IMG/VR virus record: IMGVR_UViG_3300027969_000053
Source of the DNA: an uncultured virus (IMG/VR IMGVR_UViG_3300027969_000053)
Lineage: Duplodnaviria; Heunggongvirae; Uroviricota; Caudoviricetes
Strand: one strand, 5' to 3'
Length of the DNA: 64,000 nucleotides
Below, piece by piece: positions 36,608-44,441 of this stretch; positions within the stretch are counted from its first letter, which is position 1, and the number at the start of each line of letters is the position of its first letter. A model generated the notes under the pieces. That model saw only the letters and a list, made by a program, of their open reading frames with translations. It had not been told where the DNA came from and did not search any database. The position numbers and the translations under genes are program-made.

Positions 36608-38014
36608 ATGGAAACTTGGAACACTGTCAAAACTCTTAAAGATATCGCAGGGGCATATCAATCAATCTACGAAGCAAAGAAGCAAGTAGATCAGGATGAA
36701 GATGGTGATAATGATTTTGCCGATAATATGATTGCGAGAATGGTTGCTTCTGGTATGTCTAGAGAAGAAGCAATTAAAAAAGTAAAGAATAAGGAATACA
36801 ATAAAGAAGAGTATTCCTTGGACGAGGAAACCAAAGCAGAAAAAGAAGCAAGAATAGCAGCAAGACGAGCAAGGGTTAAGCAAATGGAAGATGAAGGTGC
36901 AGTAATGACATCTTCTCGTAGAGCAAGTGAAGTAGCAAAGCAAAGAAAAGAAGCCAAGAAAGCGGAGGCACTTGAAAGAGCAGGGTCATCTGTCCTCAAT
37001 CAAATGCGTGGAGCATCTGGAAGGGTCTCCGAGAGGCCTATGGGATCAGAAGCACCAAGGGCAAAGGAGAAGGCACCAGAAGCAACCAGAAGACTAAATC
37101 CGAACCTTAGAAAGGACAATCTTGGATCTGCTGCTGACCGAGTTCTCAAATCAATGAAAAAAGAAGAATTGGAACTTTGGGTAAATGAACTCATTGAAGA
37201 AGGTTATGACCTAAGTGAATATACTTGGGATGAGATGGCAGAGATTTATCTCGATGAAGCAACAAGAATGAGAAAAGAACTTGGAAAGGAAGGTGAGATT
37301 GCGACCCGTAAGGAGCTTGCATCACGTTCTAATGCCTACCAACGTTCTGGTAGTGTAGATAAGACCATTGCGGCGGCAGAGAGACGTGCAGACCGTCCTT
37401 ACATCAAACCAGTGCGTGATGAAAGTAAATCTGATTATAATAAGAGACTGCAGAAAAGTTCGGACACTATGTCAAAACTTGCAGCATCAAGAAGAGGTTC
37501 AGTAAGAGACAAACCCCGTGCTGGTCTAAGAGGTTATGATGCTGCTATAAAAGGTATTGTTAGTGATAAAGAACTACAAAATTCAAGACGTTCTGCTATG
37601 GCTGCAGGAACTCTAACTCCCAGAGAGAAAAAAATGCTCAACAGAGAAGCATATGAAACCTATGAGTTTGTAGCATCATACCTTTTAGAGAATAACTTTG
37701 CTGAATCCGTTGAAGATGCAAATGCAATTATCAACAATATGAGTGAGGGTTGGTTTGAAAGTATTATGGAAGAAAAGAAACCACTTCCTGTTGCTAAAAT
37801 GAAGAGAAAAGAAACAGAACTTCTTGGAAGTGATGAAGAACATTTTGCAACATTGAACACACCTATGGGTTCTCCTGAAAGAAAAAAAGCAATGAAAAAC
37901 CTTGACAGATTTGATAATATAAATACGGCAAGAAGAAGTGTAGCAACTAGAGGTGGCAAGAGACCATTACCAATGCCCGAAGTTGGTAGATATAGATCAA
38001 AAGACGAAGATTAA
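36608..38014 (+). CDS. late charged low-complexity putative internal virion protein
   Basis: ATAAATA/CTAAATA upstream; basic modules alternating with acidic linkers (ELIEEGYDLSEYTWDEMAE). Confidence 0.65.
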   Translation: METWNTVKTLKDIAGAYQSIYEAKKQVDQDEDGDNDFADNMIARMVASGMSREEAIKKVKNKEYNKEEYSLDEETKAEKEARIAARRARVKQMEDEGAVMTSSRRASEVAKQRKEAKKAEALERAGSSVLNQMRGASGRVSERPMGSEAPRAKEKAPEATRRLNPNLRKDNLGSAADRVLKSMKKEELELWVNELIEEGYDLSEYTWDEMAEIYLDEATRMRKELGKEGEIATRKELASRSNAYQRSGSVDKTIAAAERRADRPYIKPVRDESKSDYNKRLQKSSDTMSKLAASRRGSVRDKPRAGLRGYDAAIKGIVSDKELQNSRRSAMAAGTLTPREKKMLNREAYETYEFVASYLLENNFAESVEDANAIINNMSEGWFESIMEEKKPLPVAKMKRKETELLGSDEEHFATLNTPMGSPERKKAMKNLDRFDNINTARRSVATRGGKRPLPMPEVGRYRSKDED

Positions 38015-38042
38015 TATAATATTACAATTCATTAAGCACCTC

Positions 38043-38103
38043 TTGACAGGTGCTTTTTTTATGACTATAATCACTCTGTTAGGGTTGAAGATAAGTTGTA
38101 TCT
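38043..38103 (+). promoter_or_regulatory. sigma70-type promoter followed by a ~35-bp conserved element, copy 2
   Basis: TTGACA(38043-38048)-17-TATAAT(38066-38071), then CACTCTGTTAGGGTTGAAGATAAGTTGTATCT; the -35 box lies in the AAGCACCT/AGGTGCTT hairpin. Confidence 0.78.
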
Positions 38104-38132
38104 ATATAACTTGAAGAATATTAAGAACCCGA

Positions 38133-38718
38133 ATGAGTTATGATAATCCTTGGTTATATCAAGGAAAGATTTTTGAGACAGAAGATATTGGAGAGCACTT
38201 TGGATTTATCACAATGTTCTACTAGACTATAAATTCTATCAATTTCTGTTGAAAAATATTTACCTTCTATATTTGTATTATAATAGTCTTCACTTATAAG
38301 TACATTACGATTGAATTGTTCATAAGTTTCATAATAACTCATAGATTTCTTATGAGGACATAGATACAATATTTCCTTTATGAACTTATCTTCACCAAGA
38401 TTTTTTATATCTACTTTAAGTTCATCGCAAGAGCTTAAATATTTTCTCCAATCACTTTCTTTCTTTTTTCTCCTTCCGGTTTTTCTATCTTTTTGACGAG
38501 TCCAAAAATGTTTCTTGCCAACATACTTTTTATTATTCGTGAGATTGGTAATTAAATATACAAACCCTTCCATTTCTTTTGGAATTTCAATTAAATCTTC
38601 TTCGTTATACTTCCACTCCATAAAAATATTTTCTTCCTTTAAAATTATTTATAGAAAATACTTCTGGTCTCTTAGAACACCAAAAGGATATGTTACTAAA
38701 TTAGTTGAGCCGTTCTAG
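38133..38718 (+). pseudogene. relic of a GIY-YIG gene disrupted by an inverted homolog
   Basis: MSYDNPWLYQGKIFETEDIGEHFGFI (38133-38210) and RKYFWSLRTPKG (38653-38688) flank the minus-strand gene. Confidence 0.7.
38154..38621 (-). CDS. short GIY-YIG endonuclease (DenA/Seg-like)
   Basis: GFVYLITNLTNNKKYVGKKHFW, ESDWRKY, YYNTNI; minus-strand TATAAATA at 38653-38646. Confidence 0.85.
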   Translation of the reverse strand: MEWKYNEEDLIEIPKEMEGFVYLITNLTNNKKYVGKKHFWTRQKDRKTGRRKKKESDWRKYLSSCDELKVDIKNLGEDKFIKEILYLCPHKKSMSYYETYEQFNRNVLISEDYYNTNIEGKYFSTEIDRIYSLVEHCDKSKVLSNIFCLKNLSLI

Positions 38719-38765
38719 AGTCGGTCCGACACATAAATACAATTATTAAAACTTCAGAGAATCAG

Positions 38766-39275
38766 ATGATCGGACCCAAAAAGAAACCACAAGATTTCGG
38801 ATTTAAGAAAGGAGATACTCATCTCATTGTTAATGATATTACAGAAAAAGTAAAAGCATATAATTTTGATGGAAAACTTCTTTGGGAACTTCCTGCATTA
38901 GCAAGAGGACAGGGGAGTGATTATGAGTTTAAATTTTCAAATACAGATACTCCTCCTGGTCTTTACAAAATTGGAACTATCTACAAGGATTATGAGAAAG
39001 ATTCCACGCCAGAATATTCTAGGGATGTGATGGCATTTGGGTGGTATAGTTTTGATTTGGTTGAACTTGAGAATCAGGAGGCAAAGAATGGCCGTGCTGG
39101 AATCATGATTCATGGTGGTGGTTCTGCCTGCGGGTGGCCAGGCGCCTGGGCAGCAATGCAGAAACTCTTCTCAACACATGGTTGTGTAAGAATGCATAAT
39201 CAACACCTTAAAGATAATCTTCTTCCTTTGACGAAAAAGGGGACAGTCTTTGTTTCTGTATTTCAAGAGGGATGA
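38766..39275 (+). CDS. L,D-transpeptidase (YkuD)-like protein
   Basis: DTPPGLY, IMIHGG...THGCVRM. Confidence 0.8.
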   Translation: MIGPKKKPQDFGFKKGDTHLIVNDITEKVKAYNFDGKLLWELPALARGQGSDYEFKFSNTDTPPGLYKIGTIYKDYEKDSTPEYSRDVMAFGWYSFDLVELENQEAKNGRAGIMIHGGGSACGWPGAWAAMQKLFSTHGCVRMHNQHLKDNLLPLTKKGTVFVSVFQEG

Positions 39276-39754
39276 TTACTTCAATTCCACAACCAGGTAT
39301 TAAATTAATCAAAGAATTTGAAGGATGTCATCTTAAAGCATATCCGGATCCTCTGTCAGGTAAACTTCCAATCACTATAGGATGGGGGTCTACTCGCAGG
39401 AAGAATGGATCTCCATTTAAACTTGACGACACCATTACTCAAAAGGAAGCAGATGAATTATTGATTGCTCAATGCGAGAGTCAGTTCTTACCAGCACTTT
39501 CTAAAATCCCATATTGGAGAGAAATGAATGACAATCAACGCGGAGCACTACTATCCTTTGCTTACAATCTCGGTGCTGGATTTTACGGTGGAAGTGGGTT
39601 TAATAGCATCACTCTCAACCTTCGTGAGAAAAATTGGACGGCAATCCCAAAAACATTAGAACTCTATAGAAATCCTGGAAGTAATGTTGAGACGGGATTG
39701 CTCCGTAGAAGGATTGCTGAAGGGAAATTATGGAAAAAAATAATCATTCCTTAG
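39272..39754 (+). CDS. GH24 lysozyme/endolysin
   Basis: IKEFEGCHLKAYPD, TIGWGST, ALLSFAYNLG, GLLRRRIAE. Confidence 0.92.
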   Translation: MITSIPQPGIKLIKEFEGCHLKAYPDPLSGKLPITIGWGSTRRKNGSPFKLDDTITQKEADELLIAQCESQFLPALSKIPYWREMNDNQRGALLSFAYNLGAGFYGGSGFNSITLNLREKNWTAIPKTLELYRNPGSNVETGLLRRRIAEGKLWKKIIIP

Positions 39755-39854
39755 TCTCCAGATATGCCATTCGTAGTATGTAGTAAATACACCACATAGT
39801 AAAAATTAAACCTGCTCCAAGAATTATACATACTCCCCAGGGAAACTCATTCAT
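39744..39854 (-). CDS. 36-aa single-transmembrane peptide
   Basis: MNEFPWGVCIILGAGLIFTMWCIYYILRMAYLETKE; starts 1 nt after the stop of the upstream minus-strand gene. Confidence 0.6.
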   Translation of the reverse strand: MNEFPWGVCIILGAGLIFTMWCIYYILRMAYLETKE

Positions 39855-39855
39855 T

Positions 39856-40047
39856 TCATCTTCCTTCTTCTTTGTGTATCCAAACTTTTAAATTTTTAAC
39901 GTATTTTCTTAATATCTGTGCTTGCTCTTCGTGCCAGTAATCTCCTGTTTCTAGGTGAATACGTGTATGATTATCTATTGCTTGTAGCATTTGGTGAATG
40001 GGTTTGTTCCATTTTTCTCTATGTGGAGTATCAAACTCTCTTGCCAT
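39856..40047 (-). CDS. small hypothetical protein
   Basis: GAGG Shine-Dalgarno; MAREFDTPHREKWN..AIDNH. Confidence 0.7.
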   Translation of the reverse strand: MAREFDTPHREKWNKPIHQMLQAIDNHTRIHLETGDYWHEEQAQILRKYVKNLKVWIHKEEGR

Positions 40048-40053
40048 AATACC

Positions 40054-40167
40054 TCATTTCTTTTTGCCTCCATTTTTAGCTTTTTTAATAGTTGCATTAC
40101 CTTGATTTTGTTTGGATTGCTTTCCACCAGCAGAACCTTTTTTACCTTTATTTGCAGACTTACTCAT
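40054..40167 (-). CDS. 37-aa Lys/Gly-rich basic peptide
   Basis: MSKSANKGKKGSAGGKQSKQNQGNATIKKAKNGGKKK; minus-strand TATAAATA at 40196-40189. Confidence 0.6.
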   Translation of the reverse strand: MSKSANKGKKGSAGGKQSKQNQGNATIKKAKNGGKKK

Positions 40168-40256
40168 GAGGGCATTTCTATTTGTAAATATTTATACTTT
40201 TTATGGAAGAATTCCAAAAGATTGACAAATCCTAAATATTCTGATATTATGTTGAA

Positions 40257-40377
40257 ACCCAAACACATTGGGTCATATCATGAGATTTTGATGTGAAACT
40301 TAGAGCCGTGGGCAATGCCTCCCGAGAGGGTTGGAACTTCTCCTTTGCCTATACGGATGTCGAATTCTATTAAACTA
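40257..40377 (+). ncRNA. candidate structured 5' leader RNA upstream of the rlpA-like gene
   Basis: Follows TTGACA(40222)-17-TATTAT; two hairpins, then nested CCGT/ACGG and GGCAA/TTGCC stems with CCC-GAGA-GGG. Confidence 0.5.
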
Positions 40378-40749
40378 ATGCTTTTCAAAAAAACAATTCA
40401 AACCCTTTCGGTCGTTGCTCTGAGTCTTGGTGCTCTTGCCCCAATTCCCTCTCAAGCGGCGACCTGTTCTTATGCTTCACATTATGGGATTGGTGACGGT
40501 TACGATGGTCAAAGAACTGCTAATGGCGAACGGTTCAATGCTTATGGTAACTCAGCCGCACATCGTGATCTTCCATTTGGCACTAGATTGAGAGTAACTA
40601 ATGAATCAAATGGAAAATCTGTTGTTATACGAATCAATGATCGTGGTCCATATGTAAGTGGTAGGAGTCTTGATCTTTCTTATGGTGCTTTCTCAACGAT
40701 TGCATCACCAAGTAGGGGAGAGATTAGGGTTTGTTATTCTAGATTGTAA
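40378..40749 (+). CDS. RlpA-like lytic transglycosylase (double-psi beta-barrel) with signal peptide
   Basis: ASHYG, RTANGERF, AAHRDLPFGT, RINDRGPY, LDLSYGAF. Confidence 0.9.
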   Translation: MLFKKTIQTLSVVALSLGALAPIPSQAATCSYASHYGIGDGYDGQRTANGERFNAYGNSAAHRDLPFGTRLRVTNESNGKSVVIRINDRGPYVSGRSLDLSYGAFSTIASPSRGEIRVCYSRL

Positions 40750-40783
40750 TTGATAAATAGGGGAGAGTTCATTCTCTCCCTTT

Positions 40784-41212
40784 ATGTTTAATTTTAATTT
40801 TGGAAATAAAAAACCAGATATTAAACAATATGCAATCATAGGAATTATCTTAAGTTCTGTGATTGCAACTCTTACACAATGTACTGGAATTCAAGAAACA
40901 TCCTTATGGGATGTATTTGATGAGGTGCAACGTAAGTTTTTCCCTCAAACAATCTTGAATGATTTCATCATCAAAGATCCCGAAAAATTGGATCGTAGGG
41001 TGAAGAGAGATGTTGATTTGGCAATTGCTGAGTATGAAAGATTGACAGGAGATGATGGAAAGATTAGGATGCCTAAACCACGATATTCAGAGAAACCACC
41101 AGACGGGTCTTATGTCCAATCAGTTTTGGGTGGTGAAATGAGATTGTGTGCTCCTTGGGTAAACGATTGCCCCTTTACAGACCAGAATAATGCGGATGTA
41201 ACTCAGCGGTAG
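40784..41212 (+). CDS. hypothetical membrane-anchored protein
   Basis: ATAAATA upstream; N-terminal hydrophobic helix; stop lies inside tRNA-Gly. Confidence 0.65.
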   Translation: MFNFNFGNKKPDIKQYAIIGIILSSVIATLTQCTGIQETSLWDVFDEVQRKFFPQTILNDFIIKDPEKLDRRVKRDVDLAIAEYERLTGDDGKIRMPKPRYSEKPPDGSYVQSVLGGEMRLCAPWVNDCPFTDQNNADVTQR

Positions 41213-41263
41213 AGTTCCTGCTTGCCAAGTAGATTGTCGTCGGTTCGAATCCGATCATCCGCT
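41192..41263 (+). tRNA. tRNA-Gly(GCC)
   Basis: GCGGATG/CATCCGC acceptor, loop TTGCCAA, GGTTCGAATCC T-arm, discriminator T, CCA not encoded. Confidence 0.9.
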
Positions 41264-41319
41264 TTCCCAGAAACACTGGGATATAAATAAACTTCGTAGT
41301 TATAAAACTTAACAAATTT

Positions 41320-42207
41320 ATGAAATTTAAATCAATTTTTGCTGGTGCCGTTATTGCCTCTGGAATGGTTGCACCTGCTCTTGCGACTCCAAACGGGCAG
41401 TTCTCTGATGTTTCTCCAACAAATTGGGCATATCAGGCAATTACCAATCTAAATGCTCGTTATGGTTGCCTTGCTGGTTATCCAAATGGTACTCTAAAAC
41501 CATCCCAGTCTGCTACTCGTGCTGAACTAGTTGCTCTGACAAATGCTTGTCTGGATCGTATTTCTGAGTTTTCTAGTGCTGAAGATGCCCGCACTGCTTC
41601 TGCTCTTCGTGCTCAATTCTCCAAAGAACTTGCAGTTACTAATGCTCGTCTGAGTGTATTGGAAGTTGCTTCTGCTCGTAAGGCACAAGGAGTTGGTCAA
41701 TATGTTGGTGTTGGCGTTCTTCTAAATCAACAAGGTGTAAGTGGTAATGGTTATGGTGCTAATCGTACCGTTTCTGGTGCTACCGTTCAGGCACGTTTCC
41801 CTGTTGCTACTGCTTGGGGTAATGAAGTCTCCGTTCGTCCTTATGCTAACTTTGTTGGCAGTCCTTCCGGTCAGATTGGATCTGCTGGTGGTGCTCTTGC
41901 CACTTATGATTATTCCATTTCAAGCAAAACTCTTGCTGATGGAACTAAAGTAAGTCGTGCAAATGTTTATGGTGGTGTTGGTTATCAAGTTCCTTTCGTA
42001 AATAACACTACTTCAAACTATCAGTCTGCTGTTGGTTCACAAGGTCAAGTTGTTCTTGCTCTTGGTGTTGAAGGTCGTATTACCAATTCTTTGGTTGGTT
42101 TTGCCGATGTTAAGTTCCCTACCACCAATGCTGCAAATAGTTATGGAGTTACTGGAGGTTCTTATAGTCCAGTGTTCACAACTGGTCTTGGTATCAAATT
42201 TAACTGA
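41320..42207 (+). CDS. SLH-domain outer-membrane beta-barrel protein (cyanobacterial porin-like)
   Basis: Signal peptide; FSDVSPTNWAYQAI..YGCLAGYPNGT..TRAE; terminal strand GLGIKF. Confidence 0.82.
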   Translation: MKFKSIFAGAVIASGMVAPALATPNGQFSDVSPTNWAYQAITNLNARYGCLAGYPNGTLKPSQSATRAELVALTNACLDRISEFSSAEDARTASALRAQFSKELAVTNARLSVLEVASARKAQGVGQYVGVGVLLNQQGVSGNGYGANRTVSGATVQARFPVATAWGNEVSVRPYANFVGSPSGQIGSAGGALATYDYSISSKTLADGTKVSRANVYGGVGYQVPFVNNTTSNYQSAVGSQGQVVLALGVEGRITNSLVGFADVKFPTTNAANSYGVTGGSYSPVFTTGLGIKFN

Positions 42208-42230
42208 TAGACTACTCATAAGTTGAGTTG

Positions 42231-42260
42231 GACTACCTCTTTATGGGGTAGTCTTTTTTT
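42231..42260 (+). terminator. intrinsic terminator abutting a late promoter
   Basis: GACTACCTC/GGGGTAGTC plus T-run, then TATAAATA. Confidence 0.75.
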
Positions 42261-42284
42261 TATAAATAATAAAAAAAGTCTATA

Positions 42285-42719
42285 ATGGAAACTTTATTTA
42301 AATCTTTGAGTGATGCTCAAGCATCACTTTTTGTTTTATTTCAAAAGACGTGGATTTACCATTGGAATGTTGTTGGACCAGACTTTCAACAACTTCATAC
42401 ACTCTTTGGTGGGCAGTATGAGACTATGTTTGAAGAGATTGATACCCTCACCGAACATATGAGGTATTTGGGAATGAAACCAGTCAGCACTCTCACAAGA
42501 GCAGTTGAAGTATCTCAAATTTCAGAAGCAGATAGTTCAATTGGTGCTATGGAAATGGTTTCCCAACTACGTGATGATAATAAGAAACTCATTGAAATGC
42601 TTACTGTAATATCAGAAGAAGCAGATGACCAAAAGCAATACGCAACATCAAATTTAGTTCAAAGTTTATGTGAAACTCACGGTAAATTTGTTTGGCAATT
42701 AAGAAGTATTTTAGAATAA
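42285..42719 (+). CDS. dps: Dps-family ferritin-like protein
   Basis: HWNVVGPDFQQLHTLF, IDTLTEH, HGKFVWQL. Confidence 0.88.
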   Translation: METLFKSLSDAQASLFVLFQKTWIYHWNVVGPDFQQLHTLFGGQYETMFEEIDTLTEHMRYLGMKPVSTLTRAVEVSQISEADSSIGAMEMVSQLRDDNKKLIEMLTVISEEADDQKQYATSNLVQSLCETHGKFVWQLRSILE

Positions 42720-42750
42720 AGACTTGAATTTTTTGAATAGGTATGGTAAG

Positions 42751-43005
42751 ATGTTAAAGGTTAGATGTAAAAATTGTAATGCTGTGTTGGAGTCTCATCC
42801 GACACAGACCAGATGTTGTGGTTGTGATAATTTCACAACTTTAAGAGGAGAAAATATCTCTGGATTAGATTTAACACGAATAGAATTAATTTCAAATTTT
42901 CGTGGTGAATCTAATTCAACAACACTTCTTACACAAGAAGATATTGCTTATCACGAAGCAAGACGAAACCGCAAAATTAGAAAAATGGAGTTTGAAATTA
43001 GATGA
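42751..43005 (+). CDS. small Cys-rich hypothetical protein
   Basis: CKNC...CCGC. Confidence 0.65.
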   Translation: MLKVRCKNCNAVLESHPTQTRCCGCDNFTTLRGENISGLDLTRIELISNFRGESNSTTLLTQEDIAYHEARRNRKIRKMEFEIR

Positions 43006-43160
43006 GTTGGGAATCCCCAAAACTTTCAAAAAGAGATATTGAACTACTTACAGTCACTCTTGATGATTATATTTTTTATGCCAAAAACGATGGTGGCCCT
43101 GATACGGGAGAAGTTGAAAGATTTCTTCATAGATTAGAAGATCATTTAAATAAGTTTTGA
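43002..43160 (+). CDS. small hypothetical protein (52 aa)
   Basis: ATGA overlap with the upstream gene; MSWESPKLSKRD... Confidence 0.55.
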   Translation: MSWESPKLSKRDIELLTVTLDDYIFYAKNDGGPDTGEVERFLHRLEDHLNKF

Positions 43161-43221
43161 TTTCAACATAGTTATAGATTTTAACATTTATAACTATTAG
43201 TATCCTCTTGATACAAAATAA

Positions 43222-43371
43222 ATGGATCAACACACCTATGATAATTGGATTAAGATCAAAGAAACTTTTGAAAAATCCGGCAATACCAATAATATGTTTT
43301 ATAGACGTGCTTGTGAAATTATAAAATCAAAAAAAGACCCATTAGCAAAATATCTTGGTGATGAAAAATGA
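43222..43371 (+). CDS. small hypothetical protein (49 aa)
   Basis: MDQHTYDNWIKIKETFEKSGNTNNMFYRRAC... Confidence 0.65.
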   Translation: MDQHTYDNWIKIKETFEKSGNTNNMFYRRACEIIKSKKDPLAKYLGDEK

Positions 43372-43511
43372 ATTATGATGATATTGAAAAATTGATTGAT
43401 AAAAAAATTCAACAGCACGAATTTAGAATTGGTATTATTAGTGGAATTTTGGGATCCCTATTTGTATTTGGAATTATTCACGCAATTTGGTTAATCAAAG
43501 AAAGCATATAA
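43368..43511 (+). CDS. small membrane protein (47 aa)
   Basis: ATGA overlap; single hydrophobic helix. Confidence 0.55.
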   Translation: MNYDDIEKLIDKKIQQHEFRIGIISGILGSLFVFGIIHAIWLIKESI

Positions 43512-43565
43512 ATTCTCTTGACAGATCAACAGATTTTTGGTATGATTAATTCACACAACTTAAAT

Positions 43566-43754
43566 ATGATTATGGAAACTTTTACAATTGAAGAATTTCA
43601 AGAAGATTTTGATAATCTTTTAGGAAGAGTTGAGACTGGTGAATCTTTTGTAATTACTAGTGAATATGGAAATGCTGTTCTTATTCCATATGCTGAATAC
43701 AAAGAAGTAAATGAATTTGTAAAATGTTTATGTGATCACGACGACGGTTGTTGA
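43566..43754 (+). CDS. Phd/YefM-like antitoxin-fold protein
   Basis: FTIEEFQEDFDNLLGRVETGESFVITSEYGNAVLIP; own promoter TTGACA(43518)-17-TATGAT. Confidence 0.65.
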   Translation: MIMETFTIEEFQEDFDNLLGRVETGESFVITSEYGNAVLIPYAEYKEVNEFVKCLCDHDDGC

Positions 43755-43770
43755 TTCTTTCTGATGATAC

Positions 43771-43842
43771 GGTTCTGTCGCCTATTGGTTAAGGCCGACA
43801 CCTTATAAGTGTCTGAACGGAGTTCAATTCTCTGCAGAACCA
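43771..43842 (+). tRNA. tRNA-Ile(UAU)
   Basis: GGTTCTG/CAGAACC acceptor; GCCT/AGGC D-stem; GACAC-CTTATAA-GTGTC anticodon arm; CGGAG-TTCAATT-CTCTG T-arm. Confidence 0.85.
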
Positions 43843-43874
43843 CTATTAATAATATTAAAATTATCTTATTTTTT

Positions 43875-44345
43875 ATGGGGAAAAAACCTACGTGGAACGA
43901 CAACGAATTGATTGATGCAGTATCTAAATGTAAAAGTTTTAGTCAAGTTGCATTTTATTTAAATATGTCCAAATCTACCAATTCATTGTTAAAAAAAAGA
44001 GCAAATGAATTGGGATTAGATTATACGCATTTTAAAATTTCAGGATATGATGCAAAACCTATTGCTGAAATATTAATTTATGCAAATGAAGACATAAAGG
44101 GAACTCATAAGTTAAAAATAAGATTAATTAAAGAAAAATATTTTGATCATAAATGTTATAATTGTGGTATAACAGAATGGAATGGTAAACCAACTCCTAT
44201 AGAACTGGAACATATTAACGGAGACAGGTGTAATAATAGATTGGAAAATCTAACCATATTATGTCCAAATTGCCACGCACAAACCCCAACTTATAGGGGA
44301 AAAAATATTAAGTTAAAAAGAATAGCAACATATTTACCAGATTAA
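43875..44345 (+). CDS. HNH endonuclease in the tRNA region
   Basis: CYNC, IELEHINGDRCNNRLENLTILCPNCHAQT. Confidence 0.9.
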   Translation: MGKKPTWNDNELIDAVSKCKSFSQVAFYLNMSKSTNSLLKKRANELGLDYTHFKISGYDAKPIAEILIYANEDIKGTHKLKIRLIKEKYFDHKCYNCGITEWNGKPTPIELEHINGDRCNNRLENLTILCPNCHAQTPTYRGKNIKLKRIATYLPD

Positions 44346-44379
44346 GGCCTTTGGCAGGGTTCGATACCCTGGGCGACTA
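44343..44379 (+). pseudogene. orphan 3' half of a tRNA
   Basis: TAA-GGCCT-TTGG-CAGGG TTCGATA CCCTG-GGCGACT-A; no clear 5' half nearby. Confidence 0.65.
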
Positions 44380-44441
44380 TTACTAAATATAACGAGAGAG
44401 TTTATTACTCTCTTTTTTAATATAATATTGTAAAATTTTTT

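Noticed and set aside
43809..43874. ORF-track start of the HNH gene inside tRNA-Ile
   Set aside because: It overlaps the tRNA; ATG 43875 is more plausible
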